From Candidatus Nomurabacteria bacterium (GTDB lineage Bacteria; Patescibacteriota; Minisyncoccia; Phycocordibacterales; SBAW01), in NCBI GenBank assembly GCA_943356415.1, contig CALREW010000002.1, positions 128,325 to 192,324 on the forward strand: 64,000 nucleotides of DNA. Direction: 5' to 3'. Shown one piece after another: positions 29,490-38,154 of the stretch. The position numbers and the translations under genes are program-made. Under the pieces are notes generated by a model that saw only the letters and a list, made by a program, of their open reading frames with translations, did not search any database and was not told where the DNA came from. How positions within the stretch are numbered: the stretch's first letter is position 1; each line of letters begins with the position of its first letter.

Positions 29490-30041
29490 ATGAATCGGAT
29501 TATCACTATTGCCGGCGCTCCAGGCTCGGGCAAATCGTCAACGGCAAAGCGCGTAGCAGAGGCACTTGGCTTTAAACATTTTTCCTCTGGCGATCTCTTC
29601 AGACAAATAGCAGCTGAACGAGGTGTATCTATAGAAGAGATAAATAAAACTGCTGAGCTTGAGCAAGAAATAGACCATGCCGTTGATCAAAAGCTTCGTG
29701 ACTGCGCGACAGAAGATGGGCTGGTTATAGACTCACGCCTCGCATACCACTGGTTGCCTAATTCATTCAAAGTCTATCTTGCACTCCCGCTAGAGAAAGC
29801 AGCGGAGCGTATTTTTGCGCACGTGAAGGATGTTGGTCGTGAAAGTGAAAATGCAAAGACGCTCGAAGAGACACTGCAGAATGTGCGCATGCGCGCAGAG
29901 AGTGAAAAGAAGCGCTATATGAATCTCTACGGCATCGACCCTTCTGACCTCTCCCCTTTTGATCTTGTGGTTGATACCGAAAAAAACAATCTCGACGAGG
30001 TAGTCGAGCTGGTGCTGAGCGAGTACAAAAAACGTTCGTAG
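29490..30041 (+). CDS. cmk: cytidylate kinase (archaeal-type Cmk-like)
   Basis: ITIAGAPGSGKSS, SGDLFR, DSRLA, RY..LYGID, DLVVDT. Confidence 0.8.
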   Translation: MNRIITIAGAPGSGKSSTAKRVAEALGFKHFSSGDLFRQIAAERGVSIEEINKTAELEQEIDHAVDQKLRDCATEDGLVIDSRLAYHWLPNSFKVYLALPLEKAAERIFAHVKDVGRESENAKTLEETLQNVRMRAESEKKRYMNLYGIDPSDLSPFDLVVDTEKNNLDEVVELVLSEYKKRS

Positions 30042-30106
30042 GTCTCCCCTAAAAATGCAAAGGGCCGGCAATCGCTCGCCGGCCCCGCACTACGCACGCA
30101 TTTGGA

Positions 30107-31201
30107 TTACTTGATGGACGCCTGCGCGTCCTGGAGAAGGCTGACCCACATCGCGACCAGCTCCTTGCCACCTTCCTTGTGGCGACGGCCGGCCATCAAC
30201 GTGGAGTGGAAGTCAGGCGTGCGCTCGTAGAGCGCCTCCTGCTTCTCCTTCATGACGCGGTAGAGCCTGGACCGCTCCTGGTCCTCGGGGGAGTTGTAGG
30301 CAGCATGTCCTTGCTGCACCCGGCTCCACCAAGCATCATGGGCTTGGGTGTAGTCGGCGTACCGTTCCTGCACGTCAGGATCGTAGAAGCGCTCGAAAGC
30401 GCGCTTGACCCCATCGAGCCGTTCGGCACGGTAGCCTTGCTCCTCCTTGGGAAGTTCGCGGAACGCTGCGAGTGCAGCAGCCTTTCGCTTGTTGTAGAAG
30501 GCTTCGAGCCGCTGCGGATCGCGCAGATGCTTGCGGGCCTTCTCCATCATCGCCTTGCGGATGCTGTCGATCAGCGCCCCCGACGTATCGGGGATGCCGC
30601 GCTCGGCGTATGCCGTGTTCGGGGCGCCATCGCTTTCATGGCTATAGTAGAGCGCCCACCAGCAGCGGTTGCCGGTGTAGGGCTCCCCGAAGACGGGTCG
30701 GCAGAAGTTACGCTCCAGCAGGACCGCCTTGGCGCCGTAGACGCCGGCGTGCTGGTGCTTGACCGTCTTGGCAACGGTCTCGTCCGTCACCATGATCTCG
30801 AAACCCATGGCTTCGACGCGTTCGAGCGCCGTTTCCATGGCATTCCAGATCCTCCAATCGGCGATAGCCTTGCCGATAGGGCCTTGAAAGATCACCGCTC
30901 CGAGAGCGATGACGATCGCGCACAGGGCCGCGATCACACCCATCCACAACTTCCTCATTTTCCGTTTTCCTTGCTCCTTGATGCCGCGAGGAGCGGCATC
31001 GACAGCTACGGGAGAGCCGTTGCGGTCTCCGATGATGAAATCCACGCTGAGGCCACCCGCAAGGGTGACCCCATCCACAACAGAAGCCACGAGGAGCTTC
31101 TTGTTGAAGTGAGGATTCTTCTCTTCGGTTACCTTAACGACCCAGGTCATGACACCGCGGAAGGGATCCTTCCCGACCACGTGTCCCTTAGTGCGCTCCA
31201 T
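30107..31201 (-). CDS. hypothetical membrane-anchored protein (GC-rich cassette)
   Basis: 364 aa, SD GAAAGGA, own promoter (TTGACT 31357-31352, TATAAT 31335-31330), hairpin 30061-30085. Confidence 0.7.
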   Translation of the reverse strand: MERTKGHVVGKDPFRGVMTWVVKVTEEKNPHFNKKLLVASVVDGVTLAGGLSVDFIIGDRNGSPVAVDAAPRGIKEQGKRKMRKLWMGVIAALCAIVIALGAVIFQGPIGKAIADWRIWNAMETALERVEAMGFEIMVTDETVAKTVKHQHAGVYGAKAVLLERNFCRPVFGEPYTGNRCWWALYYSHESDGAPNTAYAERGIPDTSGALIDSIRKAMMEKARKHLRDPQRLEAFYNKRKAAALAAFRELPKEEQGYRAERLDGVKRAFERFYDPDVQERYADYTQAHDAWWSRVQQGHAAYNSPEDQERSRLYRVMKEKQEALYERTPDFHSTLMAGRRHKEGGKELVAMWVSLLQDAQASIK

Positions 31202-31438
31202 CCTACCGTTCCTTTCAGATAAGCGGGTGGTCCGGGTATCGGACCACCGAGCAAGCGGCGAATATGCCCCGCCTATTCGGTGGTCCGATATATAAGTAAT
31301 CCAAATGTCAAAGTACCTAACTTGAACTAATTATACCATATATAGAAATATAGTCAAGTACTTTTAGAGGAGTCGCAAATAGGGTGCGCATATGAAAAAA
31401 GCCCGCGGTTAGGGGCTAAAATAGGGTTTCTGAGTCAG

Positions 31439-31563
31439 AGGACTCGAAAAATTGCTTCAGATGCAAGACGTGGGGCTAAGGTCCCCGCGAGGCGTATCTG
31501 GCATACGACGAGCGGGGCCGAGGGGCCCCGCAACGCAGCAGATGGAGCAATTTTGCGAGTCCT
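31439..31563. mobile_element. MITE-like palindromic element overlapping the secY stop codon
   Basis: imperfect ~26-bp terminal inverted repeats AGGACTCGAAAAATTGCTTCAGATGC / GCAGATGGAGCAATTTTGCGAGTCCT; nested internal stems. Confidence 0.65.
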
Positions 31564-32833
31564 AGTACTCGCGAATGGCGAGTTGGGCATCTATACGGCG
31601 TACGAGATCAAGCACTACGGAGACCACGATGAGGAGAGCGGTACCACCAATCGCCAGGGTATTTATGCCCGTGAGTCCTTGCATAACGATAGGCAGCACT
31701 GCAATAACGCCGAGGAAGAGTGCTCCTGGGAGCGTAATGCGGGTCACCACCTTTGCGAGGTAATCAGCGGTCGAAGCACCTGGGCGCACGCCCGGGATAA
31801 ACGCGCCGTCACGCTGGAGGTTCTGCGCAACTTGGTTTGGATCGAAGGTTACTGCGGTATAGAAGTACGTGAAGATAAAGACAAGTACGAAGTAGGACGT
31901 ACCGTATACCCAATGATTATTGAGAAGCGCGACGGCGTCGCTTGCGAACTTCACCAAGCGTGCACTATCAGAACCCGCGAGGAGCCCGAATGCCATCTGC
32001 GGAAGCAGCAAGATAGAAAGTGCGAAGATGATCGGGATTACGCCTGCTTGGTTGAGACGGAATGGGAGATATGTCGTTCCCCCACCCATCACACGCATAC
32101 CGCGAACACGCTTTGCGTAGGTCACCGGTATCGGACGCTCTGCTTCTGATACAACAACAACGCCCGCAATCGTCACAACTGCGACCGCAACGAAAGCGAT
32201 GTAGACAGGGAGCTGTGACGCATCGAACGTAAAGATAAGCTGACTTACCGTTGAAGGGAGGCGCGAAACAATACCTGCAAAGATAAGCATCGATACACCC
32301 TGGCCGATACCGAACTCAGAGATAAGTTCGCCGAGCCACATAAGGAGCATTGAACCTGCCGTCACGATGCCGACGTTCACCGCAAACTCAAACGGAGGAA
32401 GCGACGGAACGATACCCTGTCGCGTGAGGATAACGAGAAATGCGATGCCTTGAAGAACCGCGAGCGGCAAGGTGAGGAGGCGCGAGTACTGCGCAAAGCG
32501 GATGCGACCTGCTTCCCCTTCCTCTTGATACATGGCCTTCAGCTTCGGGAAGATGATGGTCATGAGCTGCATGATGATGGACGCCGTGATATACGGGCCC
32601 ACACCAAGGAGCACGATAGAAAGGTTAGAAAGACCGCCACCAGCAAAAATGTTGAGGATGCCGAAGAATTGATTTTGTGAAAACAGCTGTGCGAGCGCGT
32701 CGAGGTTAACGCCAGGAATCGGGATAGACGCAAGCGCGCGGAAAATAAATATCGCGGCAAGCACAAAAACCACACGACGCACCAGCGTCCAGTCCGAGAA
32801 GAACAGTGACGCTTTCTCGCGGAGTGTTTGCAT
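31562..32833 (-). CDS. secY: preprotein translocase subunit SecY
   Basis: LGVGPYITASIIMQL, WLGELISEFGIG, AGVIPIIFA, IPGVRPG, GGTALLIVV. Confidence 0.98.
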   Translation of the reverse strand: MQTLREKASLFFSDWTLVRRVVFVLAAIFIFRALASIPIPGVNLDALAQLFSQNQFFGILNIFAGGGLSNLSIVLLGVGPYITASIIMQLMTIIFPKLKAMYQEEGEAGRIRFAQYSRLLTLPLAVLQGIAFLVILTRQGIVPSLPPFEFAVNVGIVTAGSMLLMWLGELISEFGIGQGVSMLIFAGIVSRLPSTVSQLIFTFDASQLPVYIAFVAVAVVTIAGVVVVSEAERPIPVTYAKRVRGMRVMGGGTTYLPFRLNQAGVIPIIFALSILLLPQMAFGLLAGSDSARLVKFASDAVALLNNHWVYGTSYFVLVFIFTYFYTAVTFDPNQVAQNLQRDGAFIPGVRPGASTADYLAKVVTRITLPGALFLGVIAVLPIVMQGLTGINTLAIGGTALLIVVSVVLDLVRRIDAQLAIREY

Positions 32834-32838
32834 ATGAG

Positions 32839-33282
32839 TTAGGCAATCGAACCGCCCGCTGCTTCTATTTTACGCTTTGCTTCAGCTGAGATGCTCATGC
32901 CAGCAACAAACATCAATTTCTTTGTGAGTTCACCGTCGCCGAGGATTTTTACCTTCGGACGCACCGATTTGCCACCACGCACCACGCCGCGCTTCACAAG
33001 TTCAGGGACGCTCACCGTCTCACCTGCAGCAAAGAAATGCTCGAGTGTCTTTACGTTAACTGCCTTTGCAGGCGCAACGATAGATACGTTGGTGTTTTTG
33101 CCGCGACCGCGAAGCTTAGGGAGTTTCTTGATAAGGTCGCGTGCTTCCGGACGGATGCGGTGACCGGCGCGCGCCTTCTGACCCTTGGTGCCGCGACCTG
33201 CCGTTTTTCCACGCTTACCACCACGACCCACTATTTTGTGAGCTTTGTTTGCGGTCCGACGTTTGAGTGTATTGAGCTGCAT
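32839..33282 (-). CDS. rplO: 50S ribosomal protein L15
   Basis: VGRGGKRGKTAGRGTKGQKAR, VKILGDG. Confidence 0.96.
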   Translation of the reverse strand: MQLNTLKRRTANKAHKIVGRGGKRGKTAGRGTKGQKARAGHRIRPEARDLIKKLPKLRGRGKNTNVSIVAPAKAVNVKTLEHFFAAGETVSVPELVKRGVVRGGKSVRPKVKILGDGELTKKLMFVAGMSISAEAKRKIEAAGGSIA

Positions 33283-33294
33283 GGTGTTTTTAAA

Positions 33295-33906
33295 TTAGCT
33301 CTTCAACGACTGGAGTGCCTGAACGGTGGCGCGTGCATTGTTGAGGTGATTTTTGCTGCGGGAATGAATCTTGGCAGTGACGTTGGTTATGCCGGCAAGC
33401 TCAAGGACGGTGCGTACTGCGCCTCCAGCAACGAGACCGCGGCGAGGAGCCGGGCGAAGTGCAATAACGGATGCCGCGTATTTAGCCTCAACGTCGTGCG
33501 CGATCGAGTTGTCCTTGCGGAGCGTGAGCGTGAGGAGGTGTTTTCGTGCATCGCGTGTTGCTTTATCGATCGCAAGTGCCGTATCCCCTGCCTTACCAAG
33601 ACCAACGCCGACTTTTCCTTTCTTGTTGCCGATAACAATCGCAACCGAGAAGTTAAAGCGACGACCTCCTGCCATAACGCGCGCAACGCGGCGTATGTTG
33701 ATGATCTTGTTATCAAACTCTGAACGTGGGCGCTCAGCACGAGGACCTCCACGGCGCGGAGGTCGTCCTCCACGCTCGCCACGGCGGAACTGGCCACGCT
33801 TTTCTACTGCAGCCTCAGGAGCCTGCGTTTCGGATACCGCAGATGCCTCGACTACCGTCTCTACAGTCGTATCTATTGGGTTGTTGGTTTCGTCAGCCAT
33901 AGTCAT
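33295..33906 (-). CDS. rpsE: 30S ribosomal protein S5
   Basis: IRRVARVMAGGRRFNF, GLVAGGAVRTVLELAGI. Confidence 0.96.
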   Translation of the reverse strand: MTMADETNNPIDTTVETVVEASAVSETQAPEAAVEKRGQFRRGERGGRPPRRGGPRAERPRSEFDNKIINIRRVARVMAGGRRFNFSVAIVIGNKKGKVGVGLGKAGDTALAIDKATRDARKHLLTLTLRKDNSIAHDVEAKYAASVIALRPAPRRGLVAGGAVRTVLELAGITNVTAKIHSRSKNHLNNARATVQALQSLKS

Positions 33907-33909
33907 TGA

Positions 33910-34263
33910 TTAAAACGCGAGTCCACCTTCACGTGCCCCTTCTGCAAGTGCTGCGACGCGGCCGATAAAGCGGAAACCTCCACGATCGAAGACAACCGTA
34001 CTAATGCCTTTTGCTTTTGCGCGTGCGGCAATTTCAGTACCGAGTCGTTTTGATGCAGAAACTTTGTTTGCTTCCTTTACGAATTCTTTTGTGGAACCAG
34101 CAACGAGCGTCGTCTGCGCTTCATCATCAACAAGCTGCGCTACCATATAGCGGTTCGACTTGTAGACAGAAAGGCGTGGGCGCGCGGCCGTACCCGAGAT
34201 ACGCGCGCGTATCTTGTTGTGGCGCCTCGTGAGCTTATTTTGTTTTACTGCAATGCCTTTCAT
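33910..34263 (-). CDS. rplR: 50S ribosomal protein L18
   Basis: RPRLSVYKSN, VVFDRGG, AREGGL. Confidence 0.96.
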   Translation of the reverse strand: MKGIAVKQNKLTRRHNKIRARISGTAARPRLSVYKSNRYMVAQLVDDEAQTTLVAGSTKEFVKEANKVSASKRLGTEIAARAKAKGISTVVFDRGGFRFIGRVAALAEGAREGGLAF

Positions 34264-34268
34264 ATGTG

Positions 34269-34802
34269 TTATGCAGTCTTTTTACCTTGCTTGCGGCGGA
34301 CGACTTCACCTTCGTAGCGAATACCTTTGCCTTTGTATGGTTCAGGCTTCTTCAGAGCGCGTATTTCAGCTGCAAACTGTCCGACCGCCTCTTTGTCAAA
34401 ACCACTGAGTGTGAGGCCAGTCTTATCGATCGATGCCTTAATACCATCAGGGATTTTCATTTTGACCGGGTGAGAGAAACCGAGGTTGAGATTGATGCTG
34501 TCCCCCGCCACTTCCCATTTGAAACCGACGCCTTCAATGGCGAGCTTCTTGGTGAAGCCTACAGTCACACCCGCCATCATATTGCGAACATGCGATGCAT
34601 ACGTGCCAACCAATGCGCGGGCGGTGAGCGACGTGCTCTTCTGTTCAACCTGCACGCCTTCTGCCGAAATAGAGATGCCTATCTCGCGCGGAATATCCTT
34701 CGAGAGTGTCCCGAGTGGTCCTTTGACCACGACAGAAACCGCAGAAGCATTTACTTCAGCTCCCTTAGGAATAGCGATGGGTCGTTTAGCAAGTCGAGAC
34801 AT
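34269..34802 (-). CDS. rplF: 50S ribosomal protein L6
   Basis: LGFSHP, PEPYKGKGIRY. Confidence 0.97.
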   Translation of the reverse strand: MSRLAKRPIAIPKGAEVNASAVSVVVKGPLGTLSKDIPREIGISISAEGVQVEQKSTSLTARALVGTYASHVRNMMAGVTVGFTKKLAIEGVGFKWEVAGDSINLNLGFSHPVKMKIPDGIKASIDKTGLTLSGFDKEAVGQFAAEIRALKKPEPYKGKGIRYEGEVVRRKQGKKTA

Positions 34803-34808
34803 ATAGAT

Positions 34809-35201
34809 TTACCAGATTTCAAACAAAGCCTCACCGCCAACACGCTCTTTGCGAGCAGCTGCGTCAGTGAGCACTCCTTTGGGAGTTGAAAGTACGAGAA
34901 GACCTTTCCCGCGTTTTACCGGGAATACTTCGCGAACACCTTTGTAGATGCGGCGCGAAGGCTTGGAGATGCGCTTAGTGCCGACAATCGCCGGCTTGCC
35001 GTCCTTGTAGGTGAGCTCGACAACCATGTGCTTGAGTGCAGTCTTTCCGCGGCGGCTTATTTCGCCAACATAGCCTTCCTTTGCAAGAAGATTGGCAAGC
35101 TCATTCTTCATTTTAGAGAACGGCATGATGACCTCAGTCTTTCCAACACGGTTGGCGTTTTTGAGGCGTATGAGGAAATCAGCAATAGGGTCGGTAGTCA
35201 T
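34809..35201 (-). CDS. rpsH: 30S ribosomal protein S8
   Basis: DPIADFLIRLKNA, RISKPSRRIY, STPKGV, GGE. Confidence 0.97.
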   Translation of the reverse strand: MTTDPIADFLIRLKNANRVGKTEVIMPFSKMKNELANLLAKEGYVGEISRRGKTALKHMVVELTYKDGKPAIVGTKRISKPSRRIYKGVREVFPVKRGKGLLVLSTPKGVLTDAAARKERVGGEALFEIW

Positions 35202-35207
35202 GTTGGG

Positions 35208-35393
35208 TTACCAGGAAGACTTCTTAACGCCCGGGATCATGCCTTCACTTGCAAGTTCGCGGAAGCAGAGGCGGCAGAGATCGAAGTCGCGCATGTAGGC
35301 ACGCTTGCGGCCGCACTTGAAGCAACGGCGAACGACCCGAGACTTAAACTTCGGGACGCGCGACGAACGTACTTTGGTCGATGTTTTCGCCAT
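35208..35393 (-). CDS. rpsN: 30S ribosomal protein S14 (Zn-binding type Z)
   Basis: [31 protein letters not shown]. Confidence 0.96.
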   Translation of the reverse strand: MAKTSTKVRSSRVPKFKSRVVRRCFKCGRKRAYMRDFDLCRLCFRELASEGMIPGVKKSSW

Positions 35394-35498
35394 GTGTTTT
35401 TGTGCCCTTTTGTGCCTTGGTCTCCTAAGTATTGGGGACCGAAGCGCTGTTCCATCCGTATCCGCCGCTATAAAAGTGAGCCCGGGCGGACGAGAAGG

Positions 35499-35559
35499 AA
35501 ACAAAAATGCCTGCAAACAGGCACCGAGGCATCGTATCAGCGCTACGGGGCAGTGTCAA
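35499..35559 (-). promoter_or_regulatory. sigma70 promoter for the rpsN unit with proximal hairpin and U-tract
   Basis: TTGACA-17-TACGAT, then TGCCTG-TTTG-CAGGCA-TTTTTGTTT. Confidence 0.65.
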
Positions 35560-35649
35560 ACCAGACGGAGGCGGCGCAGGGAGGAGTCGGTTGACAGTCC
35601 CGCTCCTTCACGTATGACAGTAGATGGAGTCCACCTGGGAGAGATCCAT

Positions 35650-36051
35650 ATGAGCCACCGCCTCGCAATCTTTCTGTCCGCGCTCCTGTTTGGGGCGCTC
35701 GCGCTTATGGCGCCTGCAGCCGCTCAAATGGTGCCTGCGCCGACCGATATATCGGGAAAGCTGGACCGCCTTGAGCTCAACCCGGGAGAGGTGTCCCCAT
35801 GCGGTCCCTACTTCCTACCAACCGACCCGGGCTACGTCACCTTCAAGCTGGAGAACCGGCCGAACGGGGACCGCATGCTGGCGCTCGTCTTCATCATGCA
35901 GGTCCGGAATGTCCGTCTCGTGATCGATAACACGAAGGACGTGCCCTTCTTCTCAGCTCGGATGAACGCAGCTCGGCTCGAGTTGGTCCAGATCCGGCTC
36001 TCACAAGCAGCGCACGATCGGGCGCTATCATGCTTCTCTGAGAAAAGTTGA
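35650..36051 (+). CDS. secreted hypothetical protein inserted antiparallel in the spc operon
   Basis: signal peptide (..MAPAAAQ), GGGAGAG SD-like motif, GC3-rich. Confidence 0.65.
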   Translation: MSHRLAIFLSALLFGALALMAPAAAQMVPAPTDISGKLDRLELNPGEVSPCGPYFLPTDPGYVTFKLENRPNGDRMLALVFIMQVRNVRLVIDNTKDVPFFSARMNAARLELVQIRLSQAAHDRALSCFSEKS

Positions 36052-36066
36052 TGGCATAGGGCCGTC

Positions 36067-36101
36067 AACGAAACCGGCGCCACTCGGCGCCGGTTTTCGT
36101 T
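36067..36101. terminator. bidirectional terminator between rplE and the inserted gene
   Basis: AAACCGGCGCC-ACTC-GGCGCCGGTTT. Confidence 0.75.
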
Positions 36102-36105
36102 TTCG

Positions 36106-36639
36106 CTACTTTTTGAACGGAAAACCGAGATGGGTCAGGTACGCAATTGCTTCTTTTGAGCTCTTGGCTGTAGTAACTACCGTTATTGCGAGACCGAATA
36201 CATCTTTGATGTCCTCATCTGCAGTTTCAGGGAATACGGTGTGCTCCTTGATGCCGAGCGTGTAGTTACCTACTTCGTCAGCGGCAGTCAAAGAAATACC
36301 TTTGAAGTCTTTGGTGCGTGGAAGTGCGATGTGGATGAGACGATTTACAAAATCCTGCATGCGCTTTCCGCGAAGCGTGATCTGATACCCGACTGGGTCA
36401 CCTGCGCGAACCTTAAACGTCGCAATGGACTTCTTGGCTGCACGCACGGCTGGCTTCTGACCAGTGATTTTGCCGAGGCGGTCTGCAACAAGCGCAATCT
36501 TGTTTTTGTCCTTCATCGAACCAGTACCAACAGAAATAACAACCTTAACGAGCTTCGGCGTCTCCATGATATTGCGGTAACCGAAATCTCCCTTGAGGGA
36601 CTCGAGCGCTTTCTTCTGTTTGTCTTGAATGAGTTCCAT
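36106..36639 (-). CDS. rplE: 50S ribosomal protein L5
   Basis: ITGQKP, AKKSIATFKVR, ITLRG, ALPRTKDFKG. Confidence 0.97.
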   Translation of the reverse strand: MELIQDKQKKALESLKGDFGYRNIMETPKLVKVVISVGTGSMKDKNKIALVADRLGKITGQKPAVRAAKKSIATFKVRAGDPVGYQITLRGKRMQDFVNRLIHIALPRTKDFKGISLTAADEVGNYTLGIKEHTVFPETADEDIKDVFGLAITVVTTAKSSKEAIAYLTHLGFPFKK

Positions 36640-36648
36640 GGAAGTGGT

Positions 36649-36903
36649 TTAGGCCTTTGCCTTCTTAGCCTTCGTCTCGCCCTTGATCATCACTTTGCTT
36701 ACGCGAATCGGGAGTGTCTTCTCGATTATCTGTCCCTTGGAACCAGATTTGCGCGCCTTCTCATGGCGTTTTACCTGGTTTACGCCCTCGATAAGCACGA
36801 GGCCAGCCTTCGGAAAGGCGCGGAGCACCTTGCCGGTTTTTCCCTTGTACTCGCCGGAGAGTACGGTGACGGTATCGCCTTTCTTTACGTGAAGCGTATT
36901 CAT
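36649..36903 (-). CDS. rplX: 50S ribosomal protein L24
   Basis: HVKKGDTVTVLSGEYKGKTGKV KOW motif; start ATG 36903. Confidence 0.95.
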   Translation of the reverse strand: MNTLHVKKGDTVTVLSGEYKGKTGKVLRAFPKAGLVLIEGVNQVKRHEKARKSGSKGQIIEKTLPIRVSKVMIKGETKAKKAKA

Positions 36904-36907
36904 AAAT

Positions 36908-37279
36908 TTATATGACCTCAGGGGCCTTAGACGCGATGTCCTGGAAACCAAGCTCTGAAAGCTCACGCGGGATAGGACCAAAGATGCGACCTCCCTTTGG
37001 ATCGTTCTTGCCCTTTTCAAGGATAACGACTGCATTCTCGTCGAAACGGATGTAAGAACCATCCTTGCGGCGGAATGGCTTGCGCTGACGAACGACGACC
37101 GCCTCAAGAACATCCTTTTTCTTTACGCCTTTGCGCGGTTCCGCAACTTGAATAGAGAGAACGACTTTCTCGCCTATCTCTGCATAACGCTTCTTAGAAG
37201 AGCCGAGCACCTTGAAGATGCGTCCGATCTTTCCACCGGTGTTGTCAGCTATTTTTACGATTGAGCGAGGTTGAATCAT
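36908..37279 (-). CDS. rplN: 50S ribosomal protein L14
   Basis: MIQ..ADNTG, DGSYIRFDENAVV, RIFGPIPREL. Confidence 0.97.
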   Translation of the reverse strand: MIQPRSIVKIADNTGGKIGRIFKVLGSSKKRYAEIGEKVVLSIQVAEPRKGVKKKDVLEAVVVRQRKPFRRKDGSYIRFDENAVVILEKGKNDPKGGRIFGPIPRELSELGFQDIASKAPEVI

Positions 37280-37285
37280 ATGAGT

Positions 37286-37528
37286 TTAGGCGATGACCTC
37301 GAAGGACTTATTCTTCGAAATAGGGCGGCATGAACGGATAGTCACCGTATCACCTTCCTTGGCGGTATTGCCCGGGTTGTGTGCCTGGAAACGCTTCCAA
37401 AGCTTCATGTACTTCTTGTACTTCGGATGCTTCACATAGCGAGTGACGCGCACAACAACGGTGTCCTTCATTTTGTCGGACACTACGGTGCCGGTGAACG
37501 TCTTAAGTTGTACTGTTTTCTGTTCCAT
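37286..37528 (-). CDS. rpsQ: 30S ribosomal protein S17
   Basis: GTVVSDKMKDTVVV, HPKYKK, RPISK. Confidence 0.96.
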   Translation of the reverse strand: MEQKTVQLKTFTGTVVSDKMKDTVVVRVTRYVKHPKYKKYMKLWKRFQAHNPGNTAKEGDTVTIRSCRPISKNKSFEVIA

Positions 37529-37533
37529 ATGCG

Positions 37534-37719
37534 TTATGCGTTTTTCTGAGCAGTCATTTCCGTAAGGGCGCGAGCGATATCTTTACGAAGGGTCTTTTGC
37601 TTCTTTACGTTGCGATCAGAGCTTCCTGCAGTACCAAAGCGTATCGAGCGCAGCTCTTCCTGCTTTTCAGCAACAAGCTTCATGAGTTCACCCGCTCCTT
37701 TTCCTTTCATGTCAGTCAT
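37534..37719 (-). CDS. rpmC: 50S ribosomal protein L29
   Basis: LRKDIARALT; lies between rplP and rpsQ. Confidence 0.9.
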   Translation of the reverse strand: MTDMKGKGAGELMKLVAEKQEELRSIRFGTAGSSDRNVKKQKTLRKDIARALTEMTAQKNA

Positions 37720-37725
37720 AGAGGG

Positions 37726-38148
37726 TTAGTGCGCGCGAGCGACAACTTTGCTTTTAAGCGGCAATTTTGCGCCAGCCTTCTTGAGGGCTTCACGCGCAAC
37801 TGCTTCAGGAATACCGTCGACTTCGAACATAACGCGACCTGGAAGAACTTCGACTTCGTAACCTACCGGGTCTCCCTTTCCTTTACCGAGCTTTACCTCC
37901 GGTGGCTTCTTGGTGAATGGCTTGTCAGGAAAAACGCGTATCCAGATCTTGCCGGTCTTGCCCATCGAGCGCACGATAACCTTGCGCGCAGACTCAATCT
38001 GGTTGGACTTCACGCGATGCTCAGAAACTGCCTTGAGGCCAAAGCTTCCGAACGCCAAAGTAGTGCCGCGAGTAGCAACTCGGACTTTGTTGGCATTGCG
38101 GCGCATCGTGTGCCACTTGCGAAATTTTACTTTCTTAGGAAAAAGCAT
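37726..38148 (-). CDS. rplP: 50S ribosomal protein L16
   Basis: QIESAR, IWIRVFPDKP, GKGKG, AKLP. Confidence 0.97.
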   Translation of the reverse strand: MLFPKKVKFRKWHTMRRNANKVRVATRGTTLAFGSFGLKAVSEHRVKSNQIESARKVIVRSMGKTGKIWIRVFPDKPFTKKPPEVKLGKGKGDPVGYEVEVLPGRVMFEVDGIPEAVAREALKKAGAKLPLKSKVVARAH

Positions 38149-38154
38149 GGTGGG

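Noticed and set aside
35305-35649. Long N-terminal extensions in the ORF track (also rpsN, rplX, rplC, fusA, adk, cmk, smpB, recG)
   Set aside because: They run through promoters, leaders or neighbouring genes; downstream starts match the known protein N-termini.
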